A stretch of 64,000 nt of DNA from Isurus oxyrinchus (lineage: Eukaryota), in contig JANJGN010000056.1 in the NCBI GenBank assembly GCA_026770705.1, forward strand, positions 1,364,001 to 1,428,000, read 5' to 3'. Each line of letters opens with the position of its first letter. Position 1 is the stretch's first letter. The notes under the pieces are model-generated. The model ran no database searches and was not told the origin of the DNA. It worked only from the letters and a program-made list of their open reading frames with translations. A program made the position numbers and the translations under genes. This document shows, piece after piece, positions 9,931 through 22,405 of this stretch.

Positions 9931-12560
9931 TTAATTATGGTGTTCGTCTTCCTCCATATTTGCACTTGATGAAATATCTGTTGTTACACTGTAACTCCCA
10001 GCGAAATGGCTGAGTTTTTCATTGGAAGGGTGTGGCCTTAAACTCAACCAAAATAGTATTGGTTTCTTATTCTGAAACTTTTCTAGGAAGGATATTGGAT
10101 TTTGATTCTTATAAAATAATAATTTCTGCAGAATGTTTGGATGAGGAGACATATTGTACAGCCAGCACTATATTTAGGTAATCCTTCTCACTTCTGAATA
10201 TTTCCCCTGGTAAAAAAAAAGTACATTTCCAGTAACTTAACAGACTGGCCGTTCAATTCCCGTCTCGTCGCCCTGTGGTAAAAATGCTCCAACACTCACT
10301 AGCATCAAAAAGTAGTTTAAATGGCTTCACACAATGTGATGCTGCTAAAGCCAGTGGAGTGGTGAGTACAGCATTCAAGATGCCAAAGGCACTTAGGCCA
10401 TCCTTTGTCCATTCAAATATTTTTGCTTTTCTTTACCGAGGTGAAATTGAGGACAAACGTCCTATAAAATGCATTTATGCCAAGCGACCATAACATCGCT
10501 CCATTATTCTTAAGCACTGTCAATCCTGGATTACCCATATTTTCGCTTTTCTGGAGATCAGTATGCGTTTTCACCAAAATTTGGCCCAAATCAATCACTT
10601 TCGTTTTGGAAAATTCACTTTATGCAAATTTGATGACTAAATTGTATGTTTGTAAATGACCATACACATCATTCAATTGTATAAATTCCCCCCAAGCTCA
10701 GCGGAACACAACAAACTTCTCACTATATGTATAACACTGTTAAATAATCCTTCAAAGACGCGTTCGCTTAATCATTGAGATGTTACTGTTGCATTCTTCA
10801 TTCCGAAAGACATGAAATTACGTTTAAAATACCCATTCGTGTTTGCAAAATCTGTTGTTTCTTTGGCCACTTCTGTTAAAGGGACTTTTCAGTACCCCTA
10901 CAATAAATCATTTCTTTTAGCAGGAAACTTGCTTGCCCAATCTTTTCAGTACAGTTTTCCAATCCTGGAATAAGATATGGATCCGCGTATGTGATTGCAT
11001 TAACGTTGCCACAAACTACACACAATCATTCTGACCCATATAGTTTATGTGGTTTTATAAGAGGTAAGCTCCATGTACTGTGAATCGGTTGAATAATGTC
11101 ATCGTCGAACATAAACTTTATTGCTTCTTTCGCTTAGATTAACATCCCTGGAAGAAGCCTGATAGATGTTGCTTTTTTGGTGACATCCCCAACATTGCAA
11201 CATTTTAGGCCAAAGCCATTTTCCTTGGTCGATCTGTACAATGAGTTTCATGAGTTTTTAATAACTTTCATAAGACATCTCGGAACTATTTTCTGGAAGT
11301 TAGCGTAATATGGCAGGGGCATCACGGGTTATCTGGCTTAAATTGCTAAATGGAAATCGAAACACTGGAAGATCAAATATTGTCTTATTGAATAGTGGAG
11401 CAGCTTCAAGGGACCGATTGCTCTACCGCTGTTATTATTTCTTATGCTCTTATCTAAATTTTAACGGCCTCTGAACTGTACAATGTAACCACTGGAGAGT
11501 TGAGTTTAGAATTTCCGATTTCTGGTTCATTCTCCAAATGGTTTGAGATATTAATTCCTCCCCTTTCTCCTTTCACTAATGCAAACACATTCCTCTCCTG
11601 GTTACCTTCCCAGCCATTATTTGGCTTTAACATATTGACGGGAAACATTCAGTTGAATTTCACCCTGATTGGAGTGCTCACTAGATCATTCACAGAATTG
11701 AGTTTCTTTGTGACTTGGTAAAGGCCGATGAACCTTGCTTTTCTCTTTTTACTAGCGAAAAGTCACCAAACTCAAACATTTCCTCCAGCAACATAACTTC
11801 GAGTTTTGGAATAGATATCTGCACCTGCTTCTATTGTTTGTCGTGCATTTCTATTTTTACATGTTTTTTGACCGACCCACAGGGCTTGGTTAGTTTTTCC
11901 CAGCAGTTTGTCACGTTGGTCAAATGTGACGCCTCGGAACTTTGGTTGATAAATTTCCCTTTAATTAATTTCACTGGATCTCGCGCCACTTCCTCAACTA
12001 TCAGGTCAAAAGCACTGAATGCTGTGGACTCCTTCTGGGCGTCCCTTAGAAATACCAATCGAAGGACTCTATCACAAAAATGGACCATCATTGACAATAT
12101 ACTTTAATCGTCATCTTTAAAGTTGGATTTCATTTTGCTAAAGTTCCTTATAACTGTGAATAAAACGCTGAAGGCTGAAAATAGTTTTTCCCTCTCCCAA
12201 ACTTTTCATTTTTTATTTGAATATCTGTGACATAAAATATGAGCCTTGATCTGATTAATTTTCCTGAGGAAATCCACATATTTTAAAGAAATGAACTCGC
12301 TTTCCCCCTACAATTTTCACCATTATCTTCCTGAAATGCACTGCCACTGGAAATCTTGTTAGAGCTACCATAATTTTTGAAACACACTGTTTCCCACTTC
12401 TGATTTAGCTGGGGGTCCAAAACAATCTATTAAGGAAGTGCTAAATGGTTCTGTACAAGCTGGTATTGGACTGAATAAAGGATGCACTTGAATTGATGAT
12501 TCTGGCTTCCCCACTATTAGCATGTATGTCATGTCTGGCAGAAACTAACAACGCCTTTAT
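9931..12560 (-). mobile_element. Decayed Ty3/Gypsy pol with integrase upstream of RT-RNase H (Gmr1-like order), copy A
   Basis: Minus-strand remnants. Integrase: GKPESSIQVHPLFSPIPACTEPFS (~12440-12530) and LRDAQKESTAFSAFDLIVEEVARDPVKLIK (11831-12097). RT: VNAITYADPYLIPGLENCTEKIGQA and MSFGMKNA (~10790-11010). RNase H: NPISFLEKFQNKKPILFW (9931-10152). Confidence 0.75.
11380..11452 (+). mobile_element. Short CR1-type 3' tail inserted in the Gypsy element
   Basis: ggagcagcttcaagggaccgattg...atttcttatgctcttat resembles the CR1 3' hairpin plus terminal octamer repeats. Confidence 0.55.
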
Positions 12561-13114
12561 GAAACCGTGGGAAAAAAATATGTTTCAGCATGTTAGCCTG
12601 TGTTTGGAACACCGTAAGCAACTCGTGATGGAACGTCCACCAGATGAACTATTGTAAAGTGCCGATTGGCTCATATTTGAGGTGGTCTCCCTTTCCTCAT
12701 TAGCAGAGCATTGTTAAATAATAACACTCAGGTACTGATTCTGATTCAGGCTCTGATAGGGTGTTATAGCATATTCTCTCAACTGAGGATCAGCCTGTTG
12801 CATTTCTACTAAAGTAGATGGACCAAAATGTCATGCCTATTCTAATTACATTCTTCAGTTTGCTCCAGTTCCTTCTAAGGCTTCCTTTTTTTGCGGGGCT
12901 GAGATCTAGTCATGAAGCAGTCAAGAAACAACCCAGGATATTGCTCAAATCGCGCCTCAGCTACTTTCAGTTCCAGTTGGTGTTATAACAGTCTCGGTGA
13001 GGCTAATATATTTGAGCCAGCTGTCTCATAGCCCAAGATGTAATCAATTCCTTAGATAGCGATTTGATCCAAAGCTCCAACTGCAGCCTCTACTCTCACT
13101 AAGTGACTTATTTT

Positions 13115-15712
13115 GGGTGGAGTCTTCTGAGACCACTGACGGCGGGTGTGATATGTGGTGGGCATGGAAAATATGGTGGGGTCCACTTCAAGATGGCATG
13201 AATGCAGTTCGCGATCTTCTCCTTAGCCTACCGCTAACGGGCTGCATTTCTCACCATCGGTCAACGAGAAGCTGTAGCGAGTGTGATTTTATTTGATTCA
13301 GGTTGCCTACCCGCGCCTTTAAGGATCCAAGAGGCTCGAAAGTGCCATCAGCCGTTCCATGTATTACCCCCCCCCCCCCCAACTGACCCCCACACAAACC
13401 GGCACTGGTTTCAAATCCGCCAGCAATTCATTGCACTGCACAACAGTTGGACTTCACACGTTGTGTAATCTCTTCGCCAACACTGGTCATGTAGCAGTCA
13501 CTGCTGGAGGCGCTGTCAGCTCCTTGCATATTCAGCATCATTGTTTGTATCAGTGTCCCCAATGCCGAATGTTGACAAGGCACCCAGGCAGAGCAATCCT
13601 CCCTGGCATTCTGAGGGGTGACCAGCACTTTCTGGGAAGCATTATGGGTTTTTACTAAAGGACCAGCGATGATTACCACGTGTCGCTCTCTTTCATGCTG
13701 TAGGAGGACCATGTCAGGAACATGAATCCTGGTTACTTAGCAGCACGCCTGATGGCCGACAGGGACCGTTTAAGATGGAGGAGAGAGCGACTGGTCAGGC
13801 AGCTTCAGGAGCAAAATCCCGGAATTAAAGACTGCATGCTGACTGTGACGCTCTGGCTGTGAAAACTTTGGCTTCGGTCCTCTCAGAGGCCGAGATTTGC
13901 AGGACACCTGTCTGTTTTCATCGCCCTGCTGTGGGACAGTGGCATCCTGCTCGACCTGTGCAGCTGGACCTGTATAGTCTACAGGAAGAGGGAAGGCACA
14001 TGGGCCTGTCATTCGCTGAGTCACTTGGTTGGATGGCCCCGGAGCGTGCACATGCTGACCTTCCTCCCTATGTGTGCCCGAGAAACCCTTGCTGACTCAG
14101 TGAGTGGGAGGGGCAGCTGGATTGAGATCATGCATCCGAGGACCCATCTTATGTACGGTCTGCTGGATGCTAACTATGGCAGCAGCAAAATAGTTATGCC
14201 CATGCAGCATTGCATGAGTAGATGCTCTGGACCAAGGTCTCCATGGCAAACGCCATAATGCCAGTGTTGGACACTGCATGTTGCAATGCCGGTGCTCCTA
14301 CATGAGCCTGGAGATGGATGGTCTCCTCCATCATGCATTACAATTTGAGGAGTGCAGCCGACATTACTTTCTGATGTTGGCTGGCTTACCGTTGCAGCTC
14401 CAATTCTGTGATATGACCAAGTCCAGTTGCTCAACATCTGACTCGTATTCAACAACTTTCTGGCTTCAGAACTCCGTGTGTGGAGACCAGGGAAATCCGT
14501 GCCTCCACCTGCTATGGAGGGGGCAAGTTGTCATCAGATTATGATCCCGAGGCTTCTCTAAACCTACGTCCCATGGAGTCGTGTGTCTCTACACTGGCAG
14601 AGGGCGTGGATGAGCGCTCTAATGCAACTTTAGGCAGGGTGCCTTCAGACTCCTCCTCAGACTTTTCAACGGAGCTGTATGGGGGCACTGGGACCTGGAA
14701 TCCGTCGGCCGTTTCGCAGGTGTGCCTGAGAAAACAAGGGGAAATAATCAGTGCATGATATTGGCATATGATAGAGGACACATCACACACAGAAGTGTTT
14801 GCTAATGAATGCTGCACTCCTGGATCCTCACTTGGTAGATCATTGCTGACCTCATCGTTAACACAAGAGTGGTCCCAGTTATAACTGCCCAGTTGAATGC
14901 CTCTGTTGTCCAATTCCATCAGAATGTTGATGTCCAGCAATACGTTCCTGTCTGCGATCTAGCCTTCCTGTTGTGATCCAATTTGTCCATCATGGATAGA
15001 GATAAGAGGGTGTATCATGATTCCTGCCAGGCCAGATGACAAGTATGCCTGGTATGTGTGGGTGGTGAGTGGCCCAATGTGCGGGATGAAGACAATGGCG
15101 GCCTGTGTGAAAGAGTCAATGTCGCCATCCCTTGCACTGGCAGTGAGTGAGGGCCTTGCGTTTGAGTGATGGGTTTGTGAGTGTGTGTTATGCGTGAAGG
15201 AAAGAATGACTTACACTGGAGGGACAGAGAAGATCATTCATACTTATGTGACTCTTGGTGGTTGATTTTATCTGCAGGTCGTTCGCCCTGACCAATGCTG
15301 TGAGCGCTGCCCAGTCTGGGTTTGTGACATTGATGCCCATCCTCCAGATGGTAGGGCACATCCCGGCTGCCCTCCAGCAGTATCTCGAGGGATCCATCAT
15401 TTAAGAGGGTGGCTGCAGGCATTTTACCTTTATTGGCCTTATCTCCCAGACAGAGGTGGTGAGCTGGTGGTGATCAGCGATTTGCTGAGGGCTACATTGT
15501 AAAGGCAACGGCCAGGGTGATGCAAAAGCGCTTTAATGTTGAGTGATCAAATCGAAGTTCTGCCACCTTGGAAACAATGTGTTTATTATGCATAAATAAT
15601 AAAGTGGTCTTGGGAAGTTATGGCATGAAAACCCGCCATTTTTGTCGATGGCCAGGGCTCCATTTCACCAGCATGCTAGCGCAATTAGAGCAATTATGGG
15701 TGAATTCCAGCC
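13115..15712. mobile_element. Decayed PIF/Harbinger-like DNA transposon (transposase N-terminus on +, Myb/SANT-like gene on -)
   Basis: Minus 15220-15422 gives LNDGSLEILLE / PDWAALTALVRANDLQIKSTTKSHISMNDLL followed by gtaagt (trihelix/Myb-like). Plus 13440-13690 gives NLFANTG...HHCLYQ...GF..DYHVSL, resembling the HARBI1 N-terminus. TIRs are weak. Confidence 0.5.
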
Positions 15713-16060
15713 ACTGAAACAATGTGTTAAGAAAGAATAAGTTATTTTGGCTGTGGGCTTTCAGAGCCGAGGCACCAACGAAAGGAGCACAGCAGCCCTT
15801 TTGCAGCCAGAGCCAGCCCACAGCTGGAGGTGAATATCAGCTACTCTGAAGTCATCGACCTGCAGGGATTGAGATCCCATGAGTATTTGTTGTGCCTGAA
15901 CGAAAAGAATCATCAGTTCTTTCAATGATCAGTTTTGGGAGGCCAAGATGACGCCATTCAAGAATTGCTCCATTTTTGCTTACCCCTTGCAATATTGATT
16001 TTTGACCTTTGGGAGAATTCCTATTTTTCCAGTGTATTTTTGTGCACATGAGTGTTTGCG

Positions 16061-16361
16061 TATCTGTCTCACTCGCTACCTCTCACTCCATATGCCTCTC
16101 TCTGTTCAGGCCTTTCTCTTTGACTCCCTCTCTCTCTCTCTCTCTCTTTGTTTTTCTATCTCTCATCTCTCTCTTTCTTTCCCCCTCTCTCTCAGATAAA
16201 TGTATCTCTAATTTTCCTTTTCAGTTCCCAAATTAATTGGGAATTATCCTTGACACTTCGCCCCTCGCTTCCTGCTCGAATTTGTCTGGCAAATGTGTTT
16301 GTGTTTGTTTGAGTATATTTGCCTACGTTTGTGTGCCTGTGTGTGTGTGTTAACATGTGTG

Positions 16362-16396
<35 letters not shown>

Positions 16397-16999
16397 ATCC
16401 ATGTGTGTGTTCATGTATGTGTGTGTGCACACTTGTCTGTCAATGTGTGTGTCTCTGTTTGCATTTGTTGGTCTGTGTGTATGTCACTGTGCATGTACAC
16501 ATGCGCGTGTGCCCGTGGAAGTGCTCAAACGTGTGTGTGAGTGACAGAGAGAGAGAGAGAAAGAGAGAGAGTCTTTGAATATCTTGTAAAAGTGGTTAGT
16601 ATAACTTCATATTCAATACTGCAAGTTAACAACTTTTGCCTATCTATTTAACAGGACTGGTCTTATAATTAACAAACATGCTTGTTATTTACTGAACGAA
16701 GCTTGATTAACGTCTCTTTTATTCTAACAGTAGCAAAAGTAAACAATTGGCTATTTTAGTGTGTGAATCTGTCTTTTAAACTATTGGTATGACCTATGGA
16801 GTAGTGGGGTTAAATATACTGCACTCGTATCCCAATTGATCGAAACAGGCTATGTCTCTCTCTGCCACTCCTCTGCTGTCTTGTACTCTCATTCTCTATC
16901 TGCTTATCTGTCTCACTCTCTACCTCTCACTCAATATGCCTCTCTCTGTTCAGCCCTTTCTCTTTGACTCACTCTCTCTCTTTGTTTTTCTATCTCTCA

Positions 17000-17030
<31 letters not shown>

Positions 17031-17135
17031 CCCCCTCTCTCTTAGATAAATGTATCTCTAATTTTCCTTTTCAGTTCCCAAATTAACTGGGATTTATCCG
17101 TGACCCTTCGCCCCTCGCTTCTTGCTGGAATTTGT
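16061..17135. repeat. Local ~225-bp direct repeat (16061-16285 and 16905-17135) flanking a (TG)n tract
   Basis: Near-identical tatctgtctcactc...agataaatgtatctctaattttccttttcagttcccaaattaa...cttcgcccctcgctt. Confidence 0.9.
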
Positions 17136-17531
17136 GGGGTTGTGTGATGGAAAGTTGTCTGACAAATGAAAGGGTAGTTTTGCCATGTTCTTGATTTTAA
17201 TTGGAATCAGTGTGACGAATGAGAATGCTGGACAGTAGGAAGTGCAATTTGGAGGGGACACAGCCAGGGCAGGGGTTTTCTCTTCAACCAGGGTGAGGGA
17301 TTTCTGTGATGCCAAAGCTCCCATGAGAGGGAAGAGATGTCTTATTACTGATATTTCTTCCTTTCAATCATTGTGTTGCACGATGAACAGTTGAACTGGC
17401 AAAAGAGCGACGACGGCTGACTGGATGTGTGACCCCCTCCACACCCTCCATCTCTGCAGCTCCAGCCGCTGTGGCTCTGTAATTAACTGAGAACCTGCTG
17501 AAACGCTCAGTGATTTGTTTATTTTTATTGT

Positions 17532-18406
17532 TTAATATGTTGAAATAATTGGGGTGAAGAGATGTTGCAGCATATTCTTAACTGCTCCGTGAACTTAGAC
17601 TGCTCTCTCTGTAAATCCCAGTGTTTGTGCAACAACCCAGGACCTGCAGCATTAAGCCTAATTCCTGAACAAAAGCATAGAGATACATAGACTTATAGCA
17701 CAAATTCCACATCAGCCTCCAAATAGAAGAAACAATTGACATTGAACATAACAGGAAGAAATTGGCTGAGATATCAGACAGAACATTCATAGATTTCCTT
17801 CTACTCACCATTTATGGATCGCCGGGATTATCCCACTTCTGTGAGCCTGGAATCCCCTGTGTTCTCTGCTTTTCATTAAAATCTGCTTTACCATGAAAAC
17901 ATTGAGCAGCAGAATCAGGGTAAATGGAAAGCACGATGTTAGAATATGTTGGAAGAACTCAACTGCTATCCAGAACAGAGATTCGTGAATATCCCATGTG
18001 AAATCCCTGAAACCAGGGGGCGTTCATCAGCCGATATGCAACTGTTATCATAATATACGAGAAAATGTTATTTGAACAGCTCAGCACAATCAATGTTCCC
18101 AGAAGCACAGTGGCTATTTTCTCACTGCAATATTCAGTTTTCAGCTTCAGGGAACAAATGGCCACAAATCCCCCAAAGGTGAAAGTGACGGTGAAACAAA
18201 CAGGACAGTCTGTGGCTGCATAAAGCAAGATGGTGTGGATATTACACACGTGGATGGAGTTCCAGAAGTAAAACTGTTCCTTAAACAAGAATGGAATGTG
18301 CCTTATTATCACATCAGGGATAACGACCTTTCGTCAGCCACAGCCATGGCCACCAGGTACTGACCACATCTGTTGCTCCCGAGGATCACAATCATGACAA
18401 AGTTCG
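17532..18406 (-). pseudogene. GPR139-like GPCR pseudogene (exon 2 only)
   Basis: Acceptor ccaggcag|CG then NFVMIVILG; fragments IRHIPF...CNIHTILLYAATDCPVCFTVTFTFGGFVAIC and RRKSM...QELGLMLQVLGCCTNTGIY in different frames with deletions; DRF has become GGF. Confidence 0.9.
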
Positions 18407-19764
18407 CTGCCTGGACGGGAGATAATGAATTAGATCATACATCATGCTGAGTCAAAGCAAATCGTTTAATTGAGGAGTTTTTGTATGTGTTATTGCAGCC
18501 TGTAACATATTGTGAGAAATGAACCTGAAATAACAAATAGGAAGGTTTGCGATCGAGTTTAGGAAGCCGAGAAAAACAACAAAAGCTGAAGGGGTGGAGG
18601 AAGTGGATGCAGGATTATCGCGGGCGCTAGAGGTGATGAGGGTACAAAGGATGAATGTTGGGCCCAGGGGACCACAGGGGGATTTCGTTGGAGATCGGAA
18701 AAGTCAGGAGTGATTGAAACGTAACTTTGAAACCCAATGCTAACGGAGGAGCCAGGCAATAATAGGGCGGCCCAGGGGTGATGGGAGAACTAAGGAACAC
18801 GTATGATTGGGAAGAACCTAAGGTGCTGGTTGTGTTAAGGACAGGGGTGTGATCTGGATGTTTTCCCTATTTCTCTGCTAACTAGAACAGGATGCATTTC
18901 TGGGAAGGAGTGTTTAAACATTACAGTGCAGCAGTTTTTATGAAAAGTGACTAAGTAGTTTTTCTTGTAAAGTTAAAAAATTAAAGGAAATGATTAAAAT
19001 GCATTTCTTACGAAGTGTATCGCGATGTCATCTTCAAAGACACACACATGCAAACACAAACACACAAACACACACGTTAGAACTCTAGGGAACTAGTATA
19101 CGCTTCGATTATTAGAAGCTTGGAACAGAAACAGACCCCTTCATTATATTCCTTAAGATGGTACTTGATTTTCTCCTTTTTGAAGACAAATGGAGGTTGC
19201 AAAATTATGGTTATTAGTCTAAATTGTAGTTATGAAGAAATATATCAAAAGGTAGAACTTGTTAGCCTCTTTTTATCACCTGCGCTGATTCCAAACATTG
19301 TGCTTCTTTTTCTTGGATGGGCATATCTTCCCTCAAGTGTTTCTTCCTTTCTGAGAATAACTGACTTCCATATAATCAAAAATGATGTCAGCTATTCAAT
19401 GTTTCCAGAAGATATCTGTTGCACAACGTCAGTTGTAAAGATTATTTTTACTAACATAAGCTTACTTCCTGACCCGTGACCATCGAGTTCGATTTTATGT
19501 CTCCATACATTAACATTCCCATTACAAGCAAGATGCAAACCCCTCCTCTATCCATCTTCCAGAGAGATGTAATGTGACCATGACAGGGGAGAAAGGAGAG
19601 TGGGTGGGGGAAGGGATGATGAGTGAGAGAGGAGTGCAAAGAGATAGCTGCTTTCACATTAGACGACGAAGCACGTCCCGGCACACAGAAACCTGACTCT
19701 TGTAGTGTGTGCACTCTTCCAGAGGAGAGACAAGAAATTGGACATCTTGCCTAGCGTTGGACTG

Positions 19765-19950
19765 ACACACACACACACAAACACACATGCACACACATGT
19801 ACACCCATACAAATAAACATACACACAGGTAAATACACATGTATATGCAAACATTGGAACAAACACATGCAGGCACATAGAGACGCAGCGGCAAACGCAC
19901 TCACAGAAACACACACCAACGCCCATCCCCAGAAAGACATATACATACAC

Positions 19951-20019
<69 letters not shown>

Positions 20020-20830
20020 CACACAAACAGACACACATGCCCGCCTCCAGGNNNNNNNNNNNNNNNNNNNNNNNNNNNNNNNNNNNNNNNNNNNNNNNNN
20101 NNNNNNNNNNNNNNNNNNNNNNNNNNNNNNNNNNNNNNNNNNNNNNNNNNNNNNNNNNNNNNNNNNNNNNNNNNNNNNNNNNNNNNNNNNNNNNNNNNNN
20201 NNNNNNNNNNNNNNNNNNNNNNNNNNNNNNNNNNNNNNNNNNNNNNNNNNNNNNNNNNNNNNNNNNNNNNNNNNNNNNNNNNNNNNNNNNNNNNNNNNNN
20301 NNNNNNNNNNNNNNNNNNCAGAAAAACACGCACACAGACGCACACACACGCACATGTATGTGTACACACTTAGAAGTACAGGCACAAACAAACAAACACT
20401 TACATATGAAAATGACACAGAGACACAGCAACAAAGCACATGCACACACATAAAAAATGCACACGCACACACAAATTCACCCCTATGCACAAACAGAGCG
20501 ACAAACACACATACGCAGAGAATAAAAGCACAGAGGCTCATGTACTCATCATCTTACTCACTCTTCCTGTCTCTCTCTCTATATCGCATAGACACATATA
20601 TTCCCATGCTCCACCACACCTCACATACACTCACGTACAGCCACACTCACATCCACACATACACACACGCACATACACACGCACATACACACACACACAA
20701 ACACATACACAGACACTCACACACACAATCACATACACTGGCATACACTGGCATAGAAGCAAGCACATAGAAAAATACAGACAGGCGCAATCACACACAT
20801 ACGTCATGAAAAACCAAGACACACACATTT
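19765..20830. repeat. (CA)n and CA-rich microsatellite containing an assembly gap
   Basis: Pure (CA)n at ~19955-20016 with a degenerate CA-rich flank. Confidence 0.95.
20052..20318. other. Assembly gap (267 N)
   Basis: Run of n. Confidence 1.
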
Positions 20831-21092
20831 GGTTCATTCATGCCCTTTATGGAATGAATTCTGCCATCGTAACCTGGTGTCGTTTAACGGTGAATCCAGA
20901 CCTGCTTCAGTGTGGTTGAACTTTTAATCAGCTAATAAATCAATCAGATATGTCAAAGAGCTGAAAACCTCAAATAAAGGAATGAAACTGAAAGCCCACA
21001 CAAAGTCGACCTATGCACTGTAAACAACAAAGTAAACTCACCCCTCTCGGCCCTGCAATAACTTCGTTATTGATATTGGGGCTAAAGTCATA

Positions 21093-22295
21093 ATTGAGAA
21101 TTAAGTTTTTAGATAAGGTTATTTAACTGAGAGTTTGGTTAATGATAGAGATGAGCTTCGAAATCAATAAGAACTATTAATCTGCAAAAGATAAACTGCT
21201 TGAATCGTTAAGGTAGCGGAACTGCTGTCAATCAAGCAGGGTGCTTTGTCCTAGATTAAGTCAATATTCTTGAATGTTATTGGAACATAACTTATCCAGA
21301 CAAGTGTAGTATTTTCCAATCACGCTCTTGATTTGCGCCTTGTAGAAGAGAGACGGGCTAAATGACACGGAGTGTTTGTTGGATAAATATTTACTGTCAA
21401 TGATCATTGCCTGTCGCTGGTGTAAAGCAAATATAACTTGTCGGTTTTCAGCAGAGTTCTGGGTGTTGCCCAGGTCCTTTTAGTTACACATAGGCAAAGA
21501 TTTCTTCAGCATCTGTTGACTCGCAACTTTTGCTTAAGTTTGCGCAAATAGGAGTGGAAGCTATCTCCACCCCCCGCTCCCCAAACCCAAACCATTTCTG
21601 AGCACATGATGGAGAGAGATTCAGTGATGAAGTGGATTAAGGTGGTTGCGTCCCGGACTATGACTTCAGCATCTCCTGCAGTGATATCAAGAGGCTGAGG
21701 TGGGTGACTTGCAAAAATAAAAATCCTTTGTGCTCGGCATGATTCCAATCAGTAGAGACTCCCCCCACCCCCTTACATGTATTGAATCAAATTTTGCTTG
21801 TGTTCCCTGCTACCATAAAATGACAAATGTTGTATTGATATGAAGCACAGTCGCTCTCGCATCACATCATGAGTTCAGCACCAATGTCCATGTCTGTATC
21901 AAAGCTGAACGAAAAGCTGGAGCTCAGGCAAAACACATAATGAACGTCAATGAACAGTCTTATCACGTAAAGGCCGGTATTTTTGTTGTACTATTACAAC
22001 GTGGCTAGGAAGGATTTTTCAGGGACACTGATCTCCAATCCAACTGGTGAAATCTGACAGGACCCATATCCTGTTGCATCATCCAGCCCCTACAGTTGTT
22101 TCTTCATATCACGCTATGTGAATCACATAGGCTGAATTCTGGCCCCTGCGATGTTGCCATCTTAAGAACGAGGCCGGAATGTTCCATCTACTCCTCACTT
22201 CAACCTGAATGTGGCTGAAAATTTTTTTGCCATTTTTTGGCACTGATGTGCTGAGCTCCACAATCATTGCCGATGAGGATATGGGTGGAGTGTCC
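21093..22295. repeat. ~1.2-kb duplicated block, direct paralog of 57638-58796 (contains old LINE fragments)
   Basis: Colinear from ttgagaattaagtttttagataag to acaatcattgccgatgaggatatgg. Confidence 0.9.
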
Positions 22296-22405
22296 TTTGA
22301 TCACTCTCCAACAGTAAAGAAACGAATTCAAGTTATCAGAAACGTCGTTTGAGAACAATGTCAACATCCTTTTATACATCAAATGATTGTGTTTATGCTC
22401 TCACC
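22296..22405 (-). repeat. Inverted paralog of 54639-54749 (splice donor and intron start of the plus-strand GPCR pseudogene)
   Basis: The reverse complement ggtgagagcataaacacaatcatttgatgtataaaaggatgttgac...ttggagagtgatcaaa matches ggtcagagcataaacaaaatcattggatgtataaatggatgttgac...ttggagagtgatcaaa. Confidence 0.85.

Larger units (their letters stand above)
1..13272. repeat. Segmental duplication copy A (left boundary lies outside the window); paralogous to 30563-43683
   Basis: Colinear similarity throughout, e.g. ggtaatgtttgtgagtccctgggtgaagctcc at both starts, paired ORFs (4223/34778, 11454/41852) and divergence after tcaacg(a/g)gaagct at 13272/43683. Confidence 0.95.

Noticed and set aside
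19654-20919. Long Cys-Val or His-Thr ORFs
   Set aside because: Products of the (CA)n microsatellite and the N gap.
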